From: an uncultured Gammaproteobacteria bacterium
Lineage (GTDB): Bacteria; Patescibacteriota; Microgenomatia; UBA10105; UBA927
Assembly (NCBI GenBank): GCA_964361785.1
Contig: CAYIBX010000004.1
Location: 1-55,712, forward strand
DNA length: 55,712 bases
Reading direction: 5' to 3'
In this document: one piece after another, positions 25,337-37,822 of the stretch
Numbering within the stretch: the first letter of the stretch is position 1
Layout of the letters: each line of letters begins with the position of its first letter
Translations under genes and position numbers: made by a program
The notes under the pieces: model-generated
What the model saw: only the letters and a program-made list of their open reading frames with translations
Database searches by the model: none
Told to the model about the DNA's origin: nothing

Positions 25337-28300
25337 ATGTCAGATTTTATTCATCTTCATGTTCATAGTGAATTTTCATTGCTTGATGGATTAGGAAAAT
25401 TGGATTACCTTATCGCAAAAGCTAAAACACTTGGCATGGATGCACTAGCTCTTACCGATCACGGATCGATGTATGGAAGTTTTAAGTTTTATTTGAAAGC
25501 CAAGTCCGCAGGAATCAAGCCGATTATAGGGGTAGAGACATACGTCGCGCGTCGTTCTCACACGGATAAAGATGGAAAAATGGATACCGAGCCGTACCAT
25601 TTAATACTTCTTGCCAAAAATGAAACGGGATATAAGAATTTATTAAAACTTGTTACATTTGCCCATCTTGACGGATTTTATTATAAACCTCGTATAGATT
25701 GGGCACTTCTTGAAACGTATCATGAAGGCATCATTTGTCTTTCTGCGTGTTTAGCAGGCCAAGTATCTCAACACCTCCTCCATGGGGAGGATACAAAAGC
25801 TGAAGAAGTAGCCAAACGATATGGAGAACTTTTTGGCAAAGACCATTACTATATAGAGTTGCAACGGCATGATGCTATACCGGAAGTAAATCAGGTAAAT
25901 GAAAAACTTATTATTCTCGCAAGAAAATTAGGATTACCGCTAGTAGCCACTAACGACGTGCATTATGTAAACGCAGATGATGCAGAAGCGCAAGAAATAC
26001 TTCTTTGTGTGCAGACACAGAAAACTATTCTCGAAAAAAATAGACCGTTATCGATGCTTTCATCTCCTGATTTTTATATGCGATCTGATGGAGAGATGAA
26101 GGCATTATTCGAGCATCTTCCTGAAGCGTTAGAAAATACCGTCAAAATTGCATCTATGTGCGATCTCGAGCTTTCTGTAGGGAAATGGATTTTGCCCAAC
26201 TTTCCGTTGCCCGAGTCAGAGACGGCTTCAAGTTTATTGGAAAAGCTTATTTGGCAGCGCGTACCGAATCGTTACGCAACAATGACTGACGAGATTAAAG
26301 AACGTATCAATTACGAACTCGACATTATCACCAAAAAAGGATATTCTACCTATTTTTTAATTGTTTCTGATTTTGTCAACTGGGCCAAAGATGAAGGGAT
26401 CGGGGTAGGACCTGGTCGCGGATCCGCTGCTGGTTCTGTGATTTCTTATATATTAGGTATCACCGGTATAGATCCATTTTATTTTAGGTTACCGTTTGAG
26501 CGGTTTTTAAATCCATTTCGACCGAGTCCTCCTGATATAGACCTTGACTTTGCTGACGATAGGCGAGATGAAGTCATTGCGTACGTGACCAAGCGATACG
26601 GTGATGATAAAGTGGCGCAGATTATAACCTTTGGAACTATGGAGGCTCGAGGTGCAGTAAGGGACGCAGGAAGAGCGCTTGGAATGCCGTATGCCAAGCC
26701 TGATAGGATATCTAAACTTATTCCCCTTGGCGCGCAAGGATCAGCGATGACAATTGATAAAGCGATAGATATGACCCCAGAACTTTCTACCGCGTACAAC
26801 ACAGAGCCAGAGACCAAGAGACTGTTAGACGTAGCGAGAAAACTCGAAGGGGTAGCACGCCATGCATCTGTACATGCGGCAGGTGTGGTGATAGCAGACA
26901 AACCACTGGTAGAGTACACACCTCTTCAAAGAGAATCAAAAGGCGATAGAGTGGTGACGCAGTATGACATGTATACAGTAGGAGAAGATGGCGTCGGGTT
27001 ACTGAAGATGGATTTTTTGGGACTTCGTAATTTGACTATCATGTCGCAGGCGTTGAAGTTTATAGAGGTTTCGAGAGGAAAAAAAGTAGATATGTATGCC
27101 ATTCCTTTAACAGATGAAAAAACATTTCGCATGCTCTCTGACGGTGAGACGACCGGCGTATTTCAGCTTGAGTCAGCAGGAATGAGACGGTATATCAAAG
27201 AATTAAAGCCGACGACGATTTTTGATCTTATGGCTATGGTTGCGTTATTTCGCCCAGGACCTATGCAGGTGATACCTGAATATATTCGGAGAAAAAATAA
27301 TCCTGAATATGTGGTATTTCCTGACGAGCGTCTCTCTGAAGTCCTGAAAAATTCGTATGGACTTATTTGTTATCAAGATGATGTGCTTTTGACGGCTATT
27401 ACGCTGGCTGGGTATTCATGGGGAGATGCCGATAAATTACGAAAAGCAGTCGGTAAAAAAATACCGTCTGAGATGAAGAAACAACAAGAAAAATTTATAG
27501 ACGGATGTGTGAAAAATGGGATAACGAGAACGAAAGCTGAAGACATTTTTCATCTTATAGAACCATTCGCAGGTTACGGATTTAACAAAGCGCATGCCGC
27601 GTGTTATGGCATGATCGCGTATCAGACTGCGTATCTTAAAGCGAACTATCCGGTAGAGTATATGACTGCGGTACTGACTGCTGAAAGTCGCGCAAATACC
27701 GGAGACACAAGAAACGATAAAATCGCAATGATTGTCTCGGAGTGCAAACGTATGGACATTGCTATCCTTCGACCAGACGTAAACAAATCAGACATAGAAT
27801 TTGGGGTGGAAGGCAAGGATATTCGTTTTGGTTTGTCCGCTATCAAGAATGTAGGAACTGCGGCAATAGAGAGCATACTTCTCTCCAGGCCGAATGGCGA
27901 GTTTAAAGGCTTGGGTGATTTTTTACGGCGTGTGGACGTGTCAAAAGTAAATCGAAAGACGATAGAGAGCTTGATAAAAGCGGGCGCTATGGATTCATTT
28001 GGTGAACGCACCGCGCTTTTAGCGTCTGTTGATTTACTCCTTGATAGTGTGCATAAAACACGAAAAGCCGAAGCGGTGGGTCAGGTCGAATTATTTGCGT
28101 CCTCTACTGATCACCCGCATGTTGAACAGTTGTCAGACGTCGTGCCGCTGCCTGCCGCTGAGTTATTAGGATTTGAGAAGGAGTTTTTAGGATTTTATCT
28201 CTCTGCAAATCCTTTGGAAGCAGCACTTCTTAAGATGCCCAAAACAAACGATATGATTACGCCAATTGCTGAGTTGTCCAATGAAGCAATAGGTCAGCGA

Positions 28301-28549
28301 GTGCGTTTAGTAGGAGCTATCGCGCAGGTAAAAAAGATTTTGACGCGAAATGGCGGGAGTGAAATGGCATTTGTAAAGTTAGAGGATCTTACTGGGAGCG
28401 TGGAAATCGTGATATTTCCCAAAGTATACGCAAAAACCGCATCGGTGTGGGTACGGGATACTATCGTGAGTGTTTCTGGAAAGCTTGATGAAAAAGAAGA
28501 TCGATTGACGGTATTGTTAGATACCGCACATATTGTAGAGACGGGATAA
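25337..28549 (+). CDS. dnaE: DNA polymerase III alpha subunit
   Basis: N-terminal PHP (FIHLHVHSEFSLLDG), the GVGPGRGSAAGS finger region, FERFLNP…PDIDLDF, and a C-terminal OB fold. Confidence 0.95.
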   Translation: MSDFIHLHVHSEFSLLDGLGKLDYLIAKAKTLGMDALALTDHGSMYGSFKFYLKAKSAGIKPIIGVETYVARRSHTDKDGKMDTEPYHLILLAKNETGYKNLLKLVTFAHLDGFYYKPRIDWALLETYHEGIICLSACLAGQVSQHLLHGEDTKAEEVAKRYGELFGKDHYYIELQRHDAIPEVNQVNEKLIILARKLGLPLVATNDVHYVNADDAEAQEILLCVQTQKTILEKNRPLSMLSSPDFYMRSDGEMKALFEHLPEALENTVKIASMCDLELSVGKWILPNFPLPESETASSLLEKLIWQRVPNRYATMTDEIKERINYELDIITKKGYSTYFLIVSDFVNWAKDEGIGVGPGRGSAAGSVISYILGITGIDPFYFRLPFERFLNPFRPSPPDIDLDFADDRRDEVIAYVTKRYGDDKVAQIITFGTMEARGAVRDAGRALGMPYAKPDRISKLIPLGAQGSAMTIDKAIDMTPELSTAYNTEPETKRLLDVARKLEGVARHASVHAAGVVIADKPLVEYTPLQRESKGDRVVTQYDMYTVGEDGVGLLKMDFLGLRNLTIMSQALKFIEVSRGKKVDMYAIPLTDEKTFRMLSDGETTGVFQLESAGMRRYIKELKPTTIFDLMAMVALFRPGPMQVIPEYIRRKNNPEYVVFPDERLSEVLKNSYGLICYQDDVLLTAITLAGYSWGDADKLRKAVGKKIPSEMKKQQEKFIDGCVKNGITRTKAEDIFHLIEPFAGYGFNKAHAACYGMIAYQTAYLKANYPVEYMTAVLTAESRANTGDTRNDKIAMIVSECKRMDIAILRPDVNKSDIEFGVEGKDIRFGLSAIKNVGTAAIESILLSRPNGEFKGLGDFLRRVDVSKVNRKTIESLIKAGAMDSFGERTALLASVDLLLDSVHKTRKAEAVGQVELFASSTDHPHVEQLSDVVPLPAAELLGFEKEFLGFYLSANPLEAALLKMPKTNDMITPIAELSNEAIGQRVRLVGAIAQVKKILTRNGGSEMAFVKLEDLTGSVEIVIFPKVYAKTASVWVRDTIVSVSGKLDEKEDRLTVLLDTAHIVETG

Positions 28550-28556
28550 AATCCCG

Positions 28557-28586
28557 TTGACGCAGAGAGATGTTTTTCAGTACAAT
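28557..28586 (+). promoter_or_regulatory. sigma70-like promoter candidate for the atp operon (TTGACG-18-TACAAT)
   Basis: TTGACG at 28557-28562 and TACAAT at 28581-28586, directly after the dnaE stop hairpin ACGGGAT-AAA-ATCCCGT. Confidence 0.4.
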
Positions 28587-28635
28587 ATATATGAAACAAA
28601 ACAATAGCAAAAGAGATGAGGTAGGCGAGTTTGAT

Positions 28636-28920
28636 ATGTCGGTTTCTGATGATGTATTGAAACTCAATCCTCGAAAAAGGAAACAAAAGAAATCTGCCTC
28701 TTCACCCATGCTGTCGTATGTGGGGTTTGCTAGTGATTTTGGTTTCAGCATAGCGCTACCTTTGGGAGGTGCACTCATCGTGGGTCGATATTTGGATGAG
28801 CGTTTTGGGTTTTCGCCAAAAGCAACTATTGTATCATTGATAGTAGGATTTGTTATATCAATGACGACATTTATTCGGGTAATACGAGATGTTATAAAAA
28901 ATAGTCAGAGAAAGAAATAA
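28636..28920 (+). CDS. AtpZ/AtpI-like small membrane protein of the ATP synthase operon
   Basis: Two TM segments (FASDFGFSIALPLGGALIVGRYLD…; IVSLIVGFVISM). First gene of the atp operon. The ATG at 28636 has a GAGGT SD. Alternative ATGs at 28591 and 28570 are less likely given the promoter position. Confidence 0.6.
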   Translation: MSVSDDVLKLNPRKRKQKKSASSPMLSYVGFASDFGFSIALPLGGALIVGRYLDERFGFSPKATIVSLIVGFVISMTTFIRVIRDVIKNSQRKK

Positions 28921-28934
28921 TTTATTTATTACAG

Positions 28935-29702
28935 ATGGTACTACATATATCGCTGGCTGCAGAAAAAATTGGGAGTATTGGTGCATTACCAATTACAAAT
29001 TCTCTCCTCACTACATGGATAGTGATGGGGATTTTAGTGGTATTTTCACTGAAAGCTACACAAAAAATGCGATTGATTCCGTCAGGCGCTCAGCTTGTCG
29101 CTGAATCAATTGTGGGTGGATTGTACGATTTTTTCTCATCGGTCGTAGGAGTCCATGTGAAGCAATTTTTTCCTATCGTCGTTACATTATTTATCTATAT
29201 ATTGATTTCAAACTGGGTAGGACTTCTTCCTGGTGTTGGTACAATTGGATTTTTTCATGAAACCGAGTTTATTCCGATGTTTCGTGCTCCTGCTGCAGAT
29301 TTGAATATGACTATTGGGTTAGCTATTATCTCGATTATCACGATGCAGTATTTTGGATTTAAAACGTTAGGCGCTCATTATTCTGGGAGATTTATTTCGT
29401 TTAAAGACCCCATATCTTTTTTTGTGGGTGTGCTTGAAATTATTTCTGATTTTTCTAAAATAATATCGTTTGGATTTCGTCTTTTTGGTAATATATTTGC
29501 AGGAGAGGTGTTGTTAGCGGTGATCGCATTTATCATGCCGTTTATCGTTCCGTTGCCGTTTTTAGTGATGGAATTATTTGTCAGCGTTATACAGGCGCTC
29601 GTCTTTTCTATGCTGAGCGCTGCGTTTTTCACTATGGCAGTCTCACATGAAGATGGGACAGATCACAAAGAGGCGCGAAAGGTGGTGAGTATACATGGAT
29701 GA
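28935..29702 (+). CDS. atpB: F0F1 ATP synthase subunit a
   Basis: Polytopic. The conserved Arg region is ISFGFRLFGNIFAGE. Confidence 0.9.
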   Translation: MVLHISLAAEKIGSIGALPITNSLLTTWIVMGILVVFSLKATQKMRLIPSGAQLVAESIVGGLYDFFSSVVGVHVKQFFPIVVTLFIYILISNWVGLLPGVGTIGFFHETEFIPMFRAPAADLNMTIGLAIISIITMQYFGFKTLGAHYSGRFISFKDPISFFVGVLEIISDFSKIISFGFRLFGNIFAGEVLLAVIAFIMPFIVPLPFLVMELFVSVIQALVFSMLSAAFFTMAVSHEDGTDHKEARKVVSIHG

Positions 29703-29922
29703 AGCTACAATAAAAATTATTATGTTTGGATTAACGATCGCAATAGGTGGTGCGGCACCGGCCCTTGCTATTGGAATGCTCACAAGTAAAGGACTTGAAG
29801 CAATTGGTCGTAATCCTGAGGCGGCTAATGATATCCGAACCAGTATGATTTTGGGTATCGCATTTGCTGAAGCTATCGCAATTTATGCGTTAGTGGCAGG
29901 TCTTATCATTAAATTTGTATAA
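29695..29922 (+). CDS. atpE: F0F1 ATP synthase subunit c
   Basis: 75-aa hairpin with the GRNPEA loop and the carboxylate helix IAFAEAIAIYAL. Confidence 0.9.
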   Translation: MDEATIKIIMFGLTIAIGGAAPALAIGMLTSKGLEAIGRNPEAANDIRTSMILGIAFAEAIAIYALVAGLIIKFV

Positions 29923-29995
29923 GTAGAGAACAGAACACACGTGTGTGAAGGCTCCATGTGTATGCTTTTTCATCACGTGTGCGGAAAGATAGTCA

Positions 29996-30508
29996 ATGGA
30001 TAAACTAGGTATAGAACCAACATTATTAGTAGCACAGGTCGTTAATTTTCTTATTATCTTAGCGCTTTTAAATAAGCTCTTGTATAAGCCGATTCTTGCC
30101 ATGCTTGAAAAACGCAAAAAAGAGATTGCGGATGGGGTAAAAACAGCAGAGGATATGAAGATACAGGAAGAACGCATGCAAGAAAAACACGAAAAGGTGC
30201 TTATGAAGGCGCGTGAAGAAGCATTATCTATTATCGAAGACGCCAAAAAACAAGGCAAGGAAGTAGAAAAAGAGCTTGTTTCTAAAGCGCATGAAGAGTC
30301 TCTTGCAATTATTGGCAGAGCCAGAGACGAAGCCAAAGAGGTCGCTCGATTGTCTCAAGCGACGCTTTCTAAACAGGCGGTGGATCTCTCTGTTTTGATG
30401 GCCAAGCGACTCTTAGATTCGATCATGACCGCGAAAGAACAGAATGAGGTAATAGATAAAAAAATAAAAGATCTTGAAGTTTGGGCAAATCGACAAGGCG
30501 TTTCCTAA
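29996..30508 (+). CDS. atpF: F0F1 ATP synthase subunit b
   Basis: N-terminal TM followed by a long charged coiled coil (KPILAMLEKRKKEIADG…). Operon position supports the call. Confidence 0.85.
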   Translation: MDKLGIEPTLLVAQVVNFLIILALLNKLLYKPILAMLEKRKKEIADGVKTAEDMKIQEERMQEKHEKVLMKAREEALSIIEDAKKQGKEVEKELVSKAHEESLAIIGRARDEAKEVARLSQATLSKQAVDLSVLMAKRLLDSIMTAKEQNEVIDKKIKDLEVWANRQGVS

Positions 30509-30533
30509 GCGGCGAGATTATAGGCACAAGAAT

Positions 30534-30899
30534 ATGAAAAAGATGACTAAAGATGCACGAGGCTTTGTGCAAGGTGTGGTAGATTACCTTCGTAAAGAGG
30601 GGAAAGAAAACCACAGTGTGCACAAGGTGCAATCATTATTATTTAAAGTTACCGAGACGGCAAAACGAGAGAAAATGGCATATGTCGAGTCTCCGGTAAC
30701 ATTAACCAATATCCAACAACTTGCGCTTTCTCGTGTACTGTCGCGGATTATGGGACACGAAGTGAGTCTTGATTGTCATATTAATAAATCCCTTATCGCG
30801 GGATTACGGATTCAAATGGCGGATTGGATTGTGGATACGAGTTTTGAAAGTCAACTGATCGAAATGGTACATATACTCACTGAAGGGAGCACTGTATGA
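30534..30899 (+). CDS. atpH: F0F1 ATP synthase subunit delta (OSCP), N-terminally short form
   Basis: The C-terminal OSCP-like region is …[26 protein letters not shown]. Only about 121 aa from the ATG at 30534. The track ORF starts at 30474, inside atpF. Confidence 0.7.
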   Translation: MKKMTKDARGFVQGVVDYLRKEGKENHSVHKVQSLLFKVTETAKREKMAYVESPVTLTNIQQLALSRVLSRIMGHEVSLDCHINKSLIAGLRIQMADWIVDTSFESQLIEMVHILTEGSTV

Positions 30900-32404
30900 A
30901 AAATGATGGATTATCGCTTATAGGGAAGGATTTACTTGAGAAACTGGCTCAATTTGAGCCTTCCGTATCAGCTAGGCGAGTAGGACTGGTACGCAGCATT
31001 TCTGATGGGGTTGCAAAAGTAAATGGATTGCCCAATGTTTCCTATCTTGAAATTGTTTCGTTTGACAGTGGCGCATCTGGGGTTGTCGTGAATTTAGAAG
31101 AGGATATCGTAGGAATTATCGTGTTGGGTGATTATTTGACTATTAAAGAGGGAGATGAGGTAAGAGGCACGGGGTTACTCCTGTCTATTCCAGTCGGAGA
31201 AGCATATTTGGGCCGTGTCATAAACCCCTTGGGAGTTGCCATAGATGGTAAGGCAGCTCTTCACTTGAAAACACGCTATCCGATGGAAAAGATAGCAGCT
31301 AGTGTCGTACATAGACAGCCGGTGAACACACCGCTTCAAACCGGTATTAAAGCTATAGATGCAATGATTCCAATTGGTCGTGGCCAAAGACAACTTATTA
31401 TTGGCGATAGAAATACAGGAAAAACCGCAATCGTTGTAGATACGATCATAAATCAAAAAAATGAGGGTATTATATGTATTTATGTGGCCATAGGCCAAAA
31501 AACATCTCGTGTGGCACAGGTTATTTCTGATATAGATAAACGTGGTGGCATGGGGCATACGATCGTCGTGTCAGCGACAGCCAGCGATCCTGTGACACTT
31601 CAATATTTAGCTCCGTACGCAGGATGTGCAGTTGCCGAGTATTTTATGGACAAAGGGAAAGATGTGCTCATTATATATGACGATTTATCTAAACACGCAT
31701 GGAGTTATCGTCAGATATCGTTGACTCTTCGTAGGCCATCAGGTAGGGAGGCCTACCCCGGAGATGTTTTTTACCTTCATAGTAGACTTCTTGAACGGGC
31801 CTGCCGGATGTCGAAAGAAAAGGGTGGTGGTTCTATCACTGCATTGCCGATTATCGAAACACAAGCAAGCGACATGTCCGCATATATTCCAACCAATGTT
31901 ATTTCCATTACTGATGGTCAACTGTATTTGGAGTCGGATTTGTTTAATGCAGGCCAAAGACCAGCTATAAACGTCGGATTATCTGTGTCTCGCGTCGGAG
32001 GGTCTGCTCAAATTAAAGCTATGAAAAAAGTAGCAGGTAATTTACGGCTCGATTTAGCGCAATATAGAGATCTGGCGGCATTTGCACAGTTTGCGTCAGA
32101 TGTCGATGATACGACAAAGAGGCAAATAGAACGAGGGAGTCGCATGATGGAACTTTTAAAGCAAGGACAATATCAACCCATGTCTATAGGACTGCAAGTA
32201 GCGCTCATCTGGACTGGTATTAACGGGTATTTAGATGATATATCGGTAGTCAAAATTCAGGCGTTTGAAAAACACTTCATAAATTTTATGGAAACGCGAG
32301 TTCGAGTGGCACTCGCAAGCATTGCAAAGGAAAGAATACTAACTCCAGAGATCGAGAAAGAATTGGAATCGACCGTCAAGGAGTGCAAAAAATCTTTTAA
32401 ATAA
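30896..32404 (+). CDS. atpA: F0F1 ATP synthase subunit alpha
   Basis: Walker A GDRNTGKT, plus [27 protein letters not shown]. Confidence 0.97.
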   Translation: MKNDGLSLIGKDLLEKLAQFEPSVSARRVGLVRSISDGVAKVNGLPNVSYLEIVSFDSGASGVVVNLEEDIVGIIVLGDYLTIKEGDEVRGTGLLLSIPVGEAYLGRVINPLGVAIDGKAALHLKTRYPMEKIAASVVHRQPVNTPLQTGIKAIDAMIPIGRGQRQLIIGDRNTGKTAIVVDTIINQKNEGIICIYVAIGQKTSRVAQVISDIDKRGGMGHTIVVSATASDPVTLQYLAPYAGCAVAEYFMDKGKDVLIIYDDLSKHAWSYRQISLTLRRPSGREAYPGDVFYLHSRLLERACRMSKEKGGGSITALPIIETQASDMSAYIPTNVISITDGQLYLESDLFNAGQRPAINVGLSVSRVGGSAQIKAMKKVAGNLRLDLAQYRDLAAFAQFASDVDDTTKRQIERGSRMMELLKQGQYQPMSIGLQVALIWTGINGYLDDISVVKIQAFEKHFINFMETRVRVALASIAKERILTPEIEKELESTVKECKKSFK

Positions 32405-32407
32405 CGT

Positions 32408-34697
<2,290 letters not shown>

Positions 34698-34699
34698 CT

Positions 34700-35134
34700 A
34701 TGTCTCAATTTCAGCTTGATATTATTACACCGCAAAGAAAAGCCTTTAGTCAAGTTGTCAATGCTCTTTTAGTACCGACTTCTAACGGCTCTATTGGCGT
34801 ACTTTCTCACCACGAAGAGTTATTTTCCGCCTTAACTGAGGGTGAAGTAAAAATTACAGTTGGCACAAAAGAATTTTTCTTGGCAATTGGTGGCGGATTT
34901 ATGGAGGTTCACGATGGTGTCGTCACGGTACTGGTATCAAGAGCAGTTCACGCTGATGAGGTGAATGAACAGGAAATTAAAAAGGCAATGGATGCAGCCA
35001 AACAACTTATCGCGAAAAAAATAGCAGGAGACCAGCGGGCGCACGCGCTTTCTATCCTCAGACGATCTCTTCTAGATCTTAAAGTTTCACGAAGAAGGAG
35101 GGCGTCCAATGTTACTCCATATCCCCTATCTTGA
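34700..35134 (+). CDS. atpC: F0F1 ATP synthase subunit epsilon
   Basis: LDIITPQRKAF… beta-sandwich plus a C-terminal helical hairpin. Last gene of the operon. Confidence 0.9.
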   Translation: MSQFQLDIITPQRKAFSQVVNALLVPTSNGSIGVLSHHEELFSALTEGEVKITVGTKEFFLAIGGGFMEVHDGVVTVLVSRAVHADEVNEQEIKKAMDAAKQLIAKKIAGDQRAHALSILRRSLLDLKVSRRRRASNVTPYPLS

Positions 35135-35140
35135 TAACAA

Positions 35141-35170
35141 TTGACAGCGAGTCGAGCACTGACTTATACT
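35141..35170 (+). promoter_or_regulatory. sigma70-like promoter candidate (TTGACA-18-TATACT)
   Basis: TTGACA at 35141-35146 and TATACT at 35165-35170, 11 nt before the CBS-protein ATG. Confidence 0.45.
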
Positions 35171-35181
35171 CACTCTAATCT

Positions 35182-35685
35182 ATGATGATAAAAGAGGTGA
35201 TGTCTACAAGTGTACACAGTGTAATAGCGACTACCCCTTATAAGGAAATTTGGTTTACTATATTTAAAAGTCATACAAATGCGCTTCCGGTTGTAGATAA
35301 GAACGGGAAGCTCGTGGGTTTGGTGACCAGAGATGATTTATTGCGACCATTGTATCCTAAATATCAAGAATTATTTGAAACGATTGAATCTCCTGCTGAT
35401 TTTGAAGCAATGGAAGATCGCATGAAGGAATTAGCAGGACTTAAGGCCACAGATGTGATGCAAAAGAACGTTATTTTTACGCGTGATATGACCCTTGTCA
35501 TGCGGGCACTGTCTCGTATGATACTTAGACGAGTCAATCAGTTGCCGGTTCTTAATGAAAAAGATGTGGTAATAGGTATGGTCACTAAGGGGGATATATT
35601 TTTGTCCTTATTTCAAAAAAATTTCAAACAACCCATTGGGAGAAAGAGCAAGGGAGTAAAAAAGGTTTCGAAGGTGTCGCGTTAA
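35182..35685 (+). CDS. CBS domain pair protein
   Basis: Two CBS motifs (IKEVMSTSVHSV…LPVVDKNGKLVGLVTRDDL; DVMQKNVIFT…LPVLNEKDVVIGMVTKGDI). Confidence 0.85.
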   Translation: MMIKEVMSTSVHSVIATTPYKEIWFTIFKSHTNALPVVDKNGKLVGLVTRDDLLRPLYPKYQELFETIESPADFEAMEDRMKELAGLKATDVMQKNVIFTRDMTLVMRALSRMILRRVNQLPVLNEKDVVIGMVTKGDIFLSLFQKNFKQPIGRKSKGVKKVSKVSR

Positions 35686-35695
35686 CTAAAAAAGA

Positions 35696-35724
35696 TTGAC
35701 TCAGGTATATATATTTGGTATCTT
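35696..35724 (+). promoter_or_regulatory. sigma70-like promoter candidate for pyrG (TTGACT-17-TGgTATCTT), leaderless geometry
   Basis: TTGACT at 35696-35701, a 17-nt spacer, an extended TGG, and TATCTT at 35719-35724. The ATG at 35730 is only 5 nt downstream. Confidence 0.45.
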
Positions 35725-35729
35725 AAACC

Positions 35730-37400
35730 ATGCCGAAGTATATTTTTGTTTCTGGTGGAGTGTTGTCAGGACTCGGGAAAGGTGTCACCGCAGCCTCGAT
35801 TGGTTTTCTTCTTGAGAAACGCGGGTTTAAAGTTTCCTCCGTAAAATGTGAAAACTACCTCAACATGGATTCAGGGCTCATAAATCCCATAGAGCACGGC
35901 GATCCGTACCTTTGTGACGATGGCACAGAAGCTGATATGGACATGGGAACGTATGAAAAATTCTTAGGTAAAAATGTCCATAGGCACAATTTCATAACGA
36001 TGGGGCAGATCTACTCTGCAGTTATTAATCGTGAGCGTAATTTTGAGTATAAAGGCGAGGATGTAGAAGCAATTCCTCATATTACGGATGAGATTTTATT
36101 GCGTATAAACGAAGCTGCCAAAAAAGATAAAGCGGACATAGTGGTAGTAGAGCTTGGAGGTACCGCAGGCGAGTATCAAAACATGCTCTACTATGAAGCG
36201 TCACGTATATTAAAAACGGTGAAAAAAGCCACAGTTGCGCATGTGCATGTAAGTTATTTGCCGACCCCAAGCCATTTGGGTGAGCCAAAAACAAAACCTA
36301 CGCAACTGTCCGTAAAATTTTTGCTTTCGATGGGGATACAGCCTGACTTTATCGTTTGTCGTGGTGAGAAAGCGATTGATATAAGAAGGCGTGAGCGACT
36401 TGCGATGTTTTGTAACGTGTCTCCAGACGACGTTATAAACAATCCCGATGAAGATACGCCGTATGCTGTGCCGGTGACATTTGAAGAACAAAAATTTCCA
36501 CAAAAACTACTTACGCTCTTAGGCCTCGAAGATAAACCAGCAGATTTGACCGAGTGGAAAGCATTTCTCTCCCGAGTCAGAGCAAGTAAGAAAAAAACAA
36601 TAGAAGTCGCAATAGTCGGTAAGTATTTCGCCACGGGAGATTATGAATTGCGTGATTCCTACGCGGCGCTTATGGATGCATTGGATCATGCTGGATGGGC
36701 AAATGGTGTGCAGATAAAAACCAGATGGATCAATGCGGAGCGAATAGAAAAAGGTGAACCTGTAGAGAAATTATTAGAGGGAGTTGTGGGAGTAATTGTC
36801 CCAATCGGTTGGGGAGCTCGCGGCGTTGAGGGAATGTTAAAAGGCATACAGTACGCTCGGGAGACTAAAATTCCGTATTTAGGGCTTTGCTACGGTATGC
36901 AACTTGCAGTAGTTGAGTACGCGCGAAACGTGTTAAAGCTTGACAGAGCCAATAGTGTGGAATCAGATGAACAGACGCCGCACCCGGTGATCCATATGAA
37001 TAAGTTGCAGGAAGAAAATCAAGCTCGTCGTGCTTATGGCGGCACAATGCGTCTAGGAAGATGGGTGTGTAAAGTAAAAGAGGGATCAATAGCCGATAGA
37101 AGTTATACGAAACATTCAGGTTTCGATGATGCGAAACTACGCGTGGTAGGCGAGCGGCATAGGCACAGATATGAGTTTAACGATTCGTACGCCAAAGAGT
37201 TAGAAGCGAAAGGACTGGTTATTTCCGGCCGGTCTATTGTAGAAAATTTGGCTGAAATTATAGAGCTGCCTCAAGAAGTGCATCCGTTTTTCTTAGGCAC
37301 TCAGTATCATCCGGAGTACCGGTCGTTGCCACTTCGTCCACATCCGTTGTTTTTGGAATACATTCGATCTTGCCTCGATAGGGCGAAATTGGTACAATAA
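35730..37400 (+). CDS. pyrG: CTP synthase
   Basis: KYIFVSGGVLSGLGKG at the N-terminus and the GATase region GLCYGMQLAVVEYARN. Confidence 0.97.
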   Translation: MPKYIFVSGGVLSGLGKGVTAASIGFLLEKRGFKVSSVKCENYLNMDSGLINPIEHGDPYLCDDGTEADMDMGTYEKFLGKNVHRHNFITMGQIYSAVINRERNFEYKGEDVEAIPHITDEILLRINEAAKKDKADIVVVELGGTAGEYQNMLYYEASRILKTVKKATVAHVHVSYLPTPSHLGEPKTKPTQLSVKFLLSMGIQPDFIVCRGEKAIDIRRRERLAMFCNVSPDDVINNPDEDTPYAVPVTFEEQKFPQKLLTLLGLEDKPADLTEWKAFLSRVRASKKKTIEVAIVGKYFATGDYELRDSYAALMDALDHAGWANGVQIKTRWINAERIEKGEPVEKLLEGVVGVIVPIGWGARGVEGMLKGIQYARETKIPYLGLCYGMQLAVVEYARNVLKLDRANSVESDEQTPHPVIHMNKLQEENQARRAYGGTMRLGRWVCKVKEGSIADRSYTKHSGFDDAKLRVVGERHRHRYEFNDSYAKELEAKGLVISGRSIVENLAEIIELPQEVHPFFLGTQYHPEYRSLPLRPHPLFLEYIRSCLDRAKLVQ

Positions 37401-37420
37401 GAGCCTCTCTATAAGAATAT

Positions 37421-37822
37421 ATGGCAAACAAAGCAACCTGGATAGGCAAAGATGGTGAAAAAGAATTACGTGTAGATATCCACGTCGGGGATACTGTACG
37501 TGTTCACTATAAACTCATTGAAAAAGAAAAGACTTCTGGGAAAACTAAACGTGAAGTCAAAGTAGAAACTCGTGATCGTATACAAGTATATGAAGGTATA
37601 GTAATTGCGATCAAAGGCGCAGCCGAGAATACCATGTTCATGGTTCGCCGTACTGCAGTCGGTGGAATAGGCATGGAGCGTATTTTTCCACTCGTTTCTC
37701 CATGGATTAAAAAACTTGAAGTGAAAAAGTTGGGTCTTGTACGGAGAGCGAAACTTTATTATTTGCGTGGTAAAATAGGAAAAGAGGCTACGAGAATTGC
37801 AGAAGTCACCCCAAAAAATTAA
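37421..37822 (+). CDS. rplS: 50S ribosomal protein L19
   Basis: GDTVRVHYK…[14 protein letters not shown]…FMVRR…[13 protein letters not shown]…EV…[11 protein letters not shown]. Confidence 0.93.
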   Translation: MANKATWIGKDGEKELRVDIHVGDTVRVHYKLIEKEKTSGKTKREVKVETRDRIQVYEGIVIAIKGAAENTMFMVRRTAVGGIGMERIFPLVSPWIKKLEVKKLGLVRRAKLYYLRGKIGKEATRIAEVTPKN

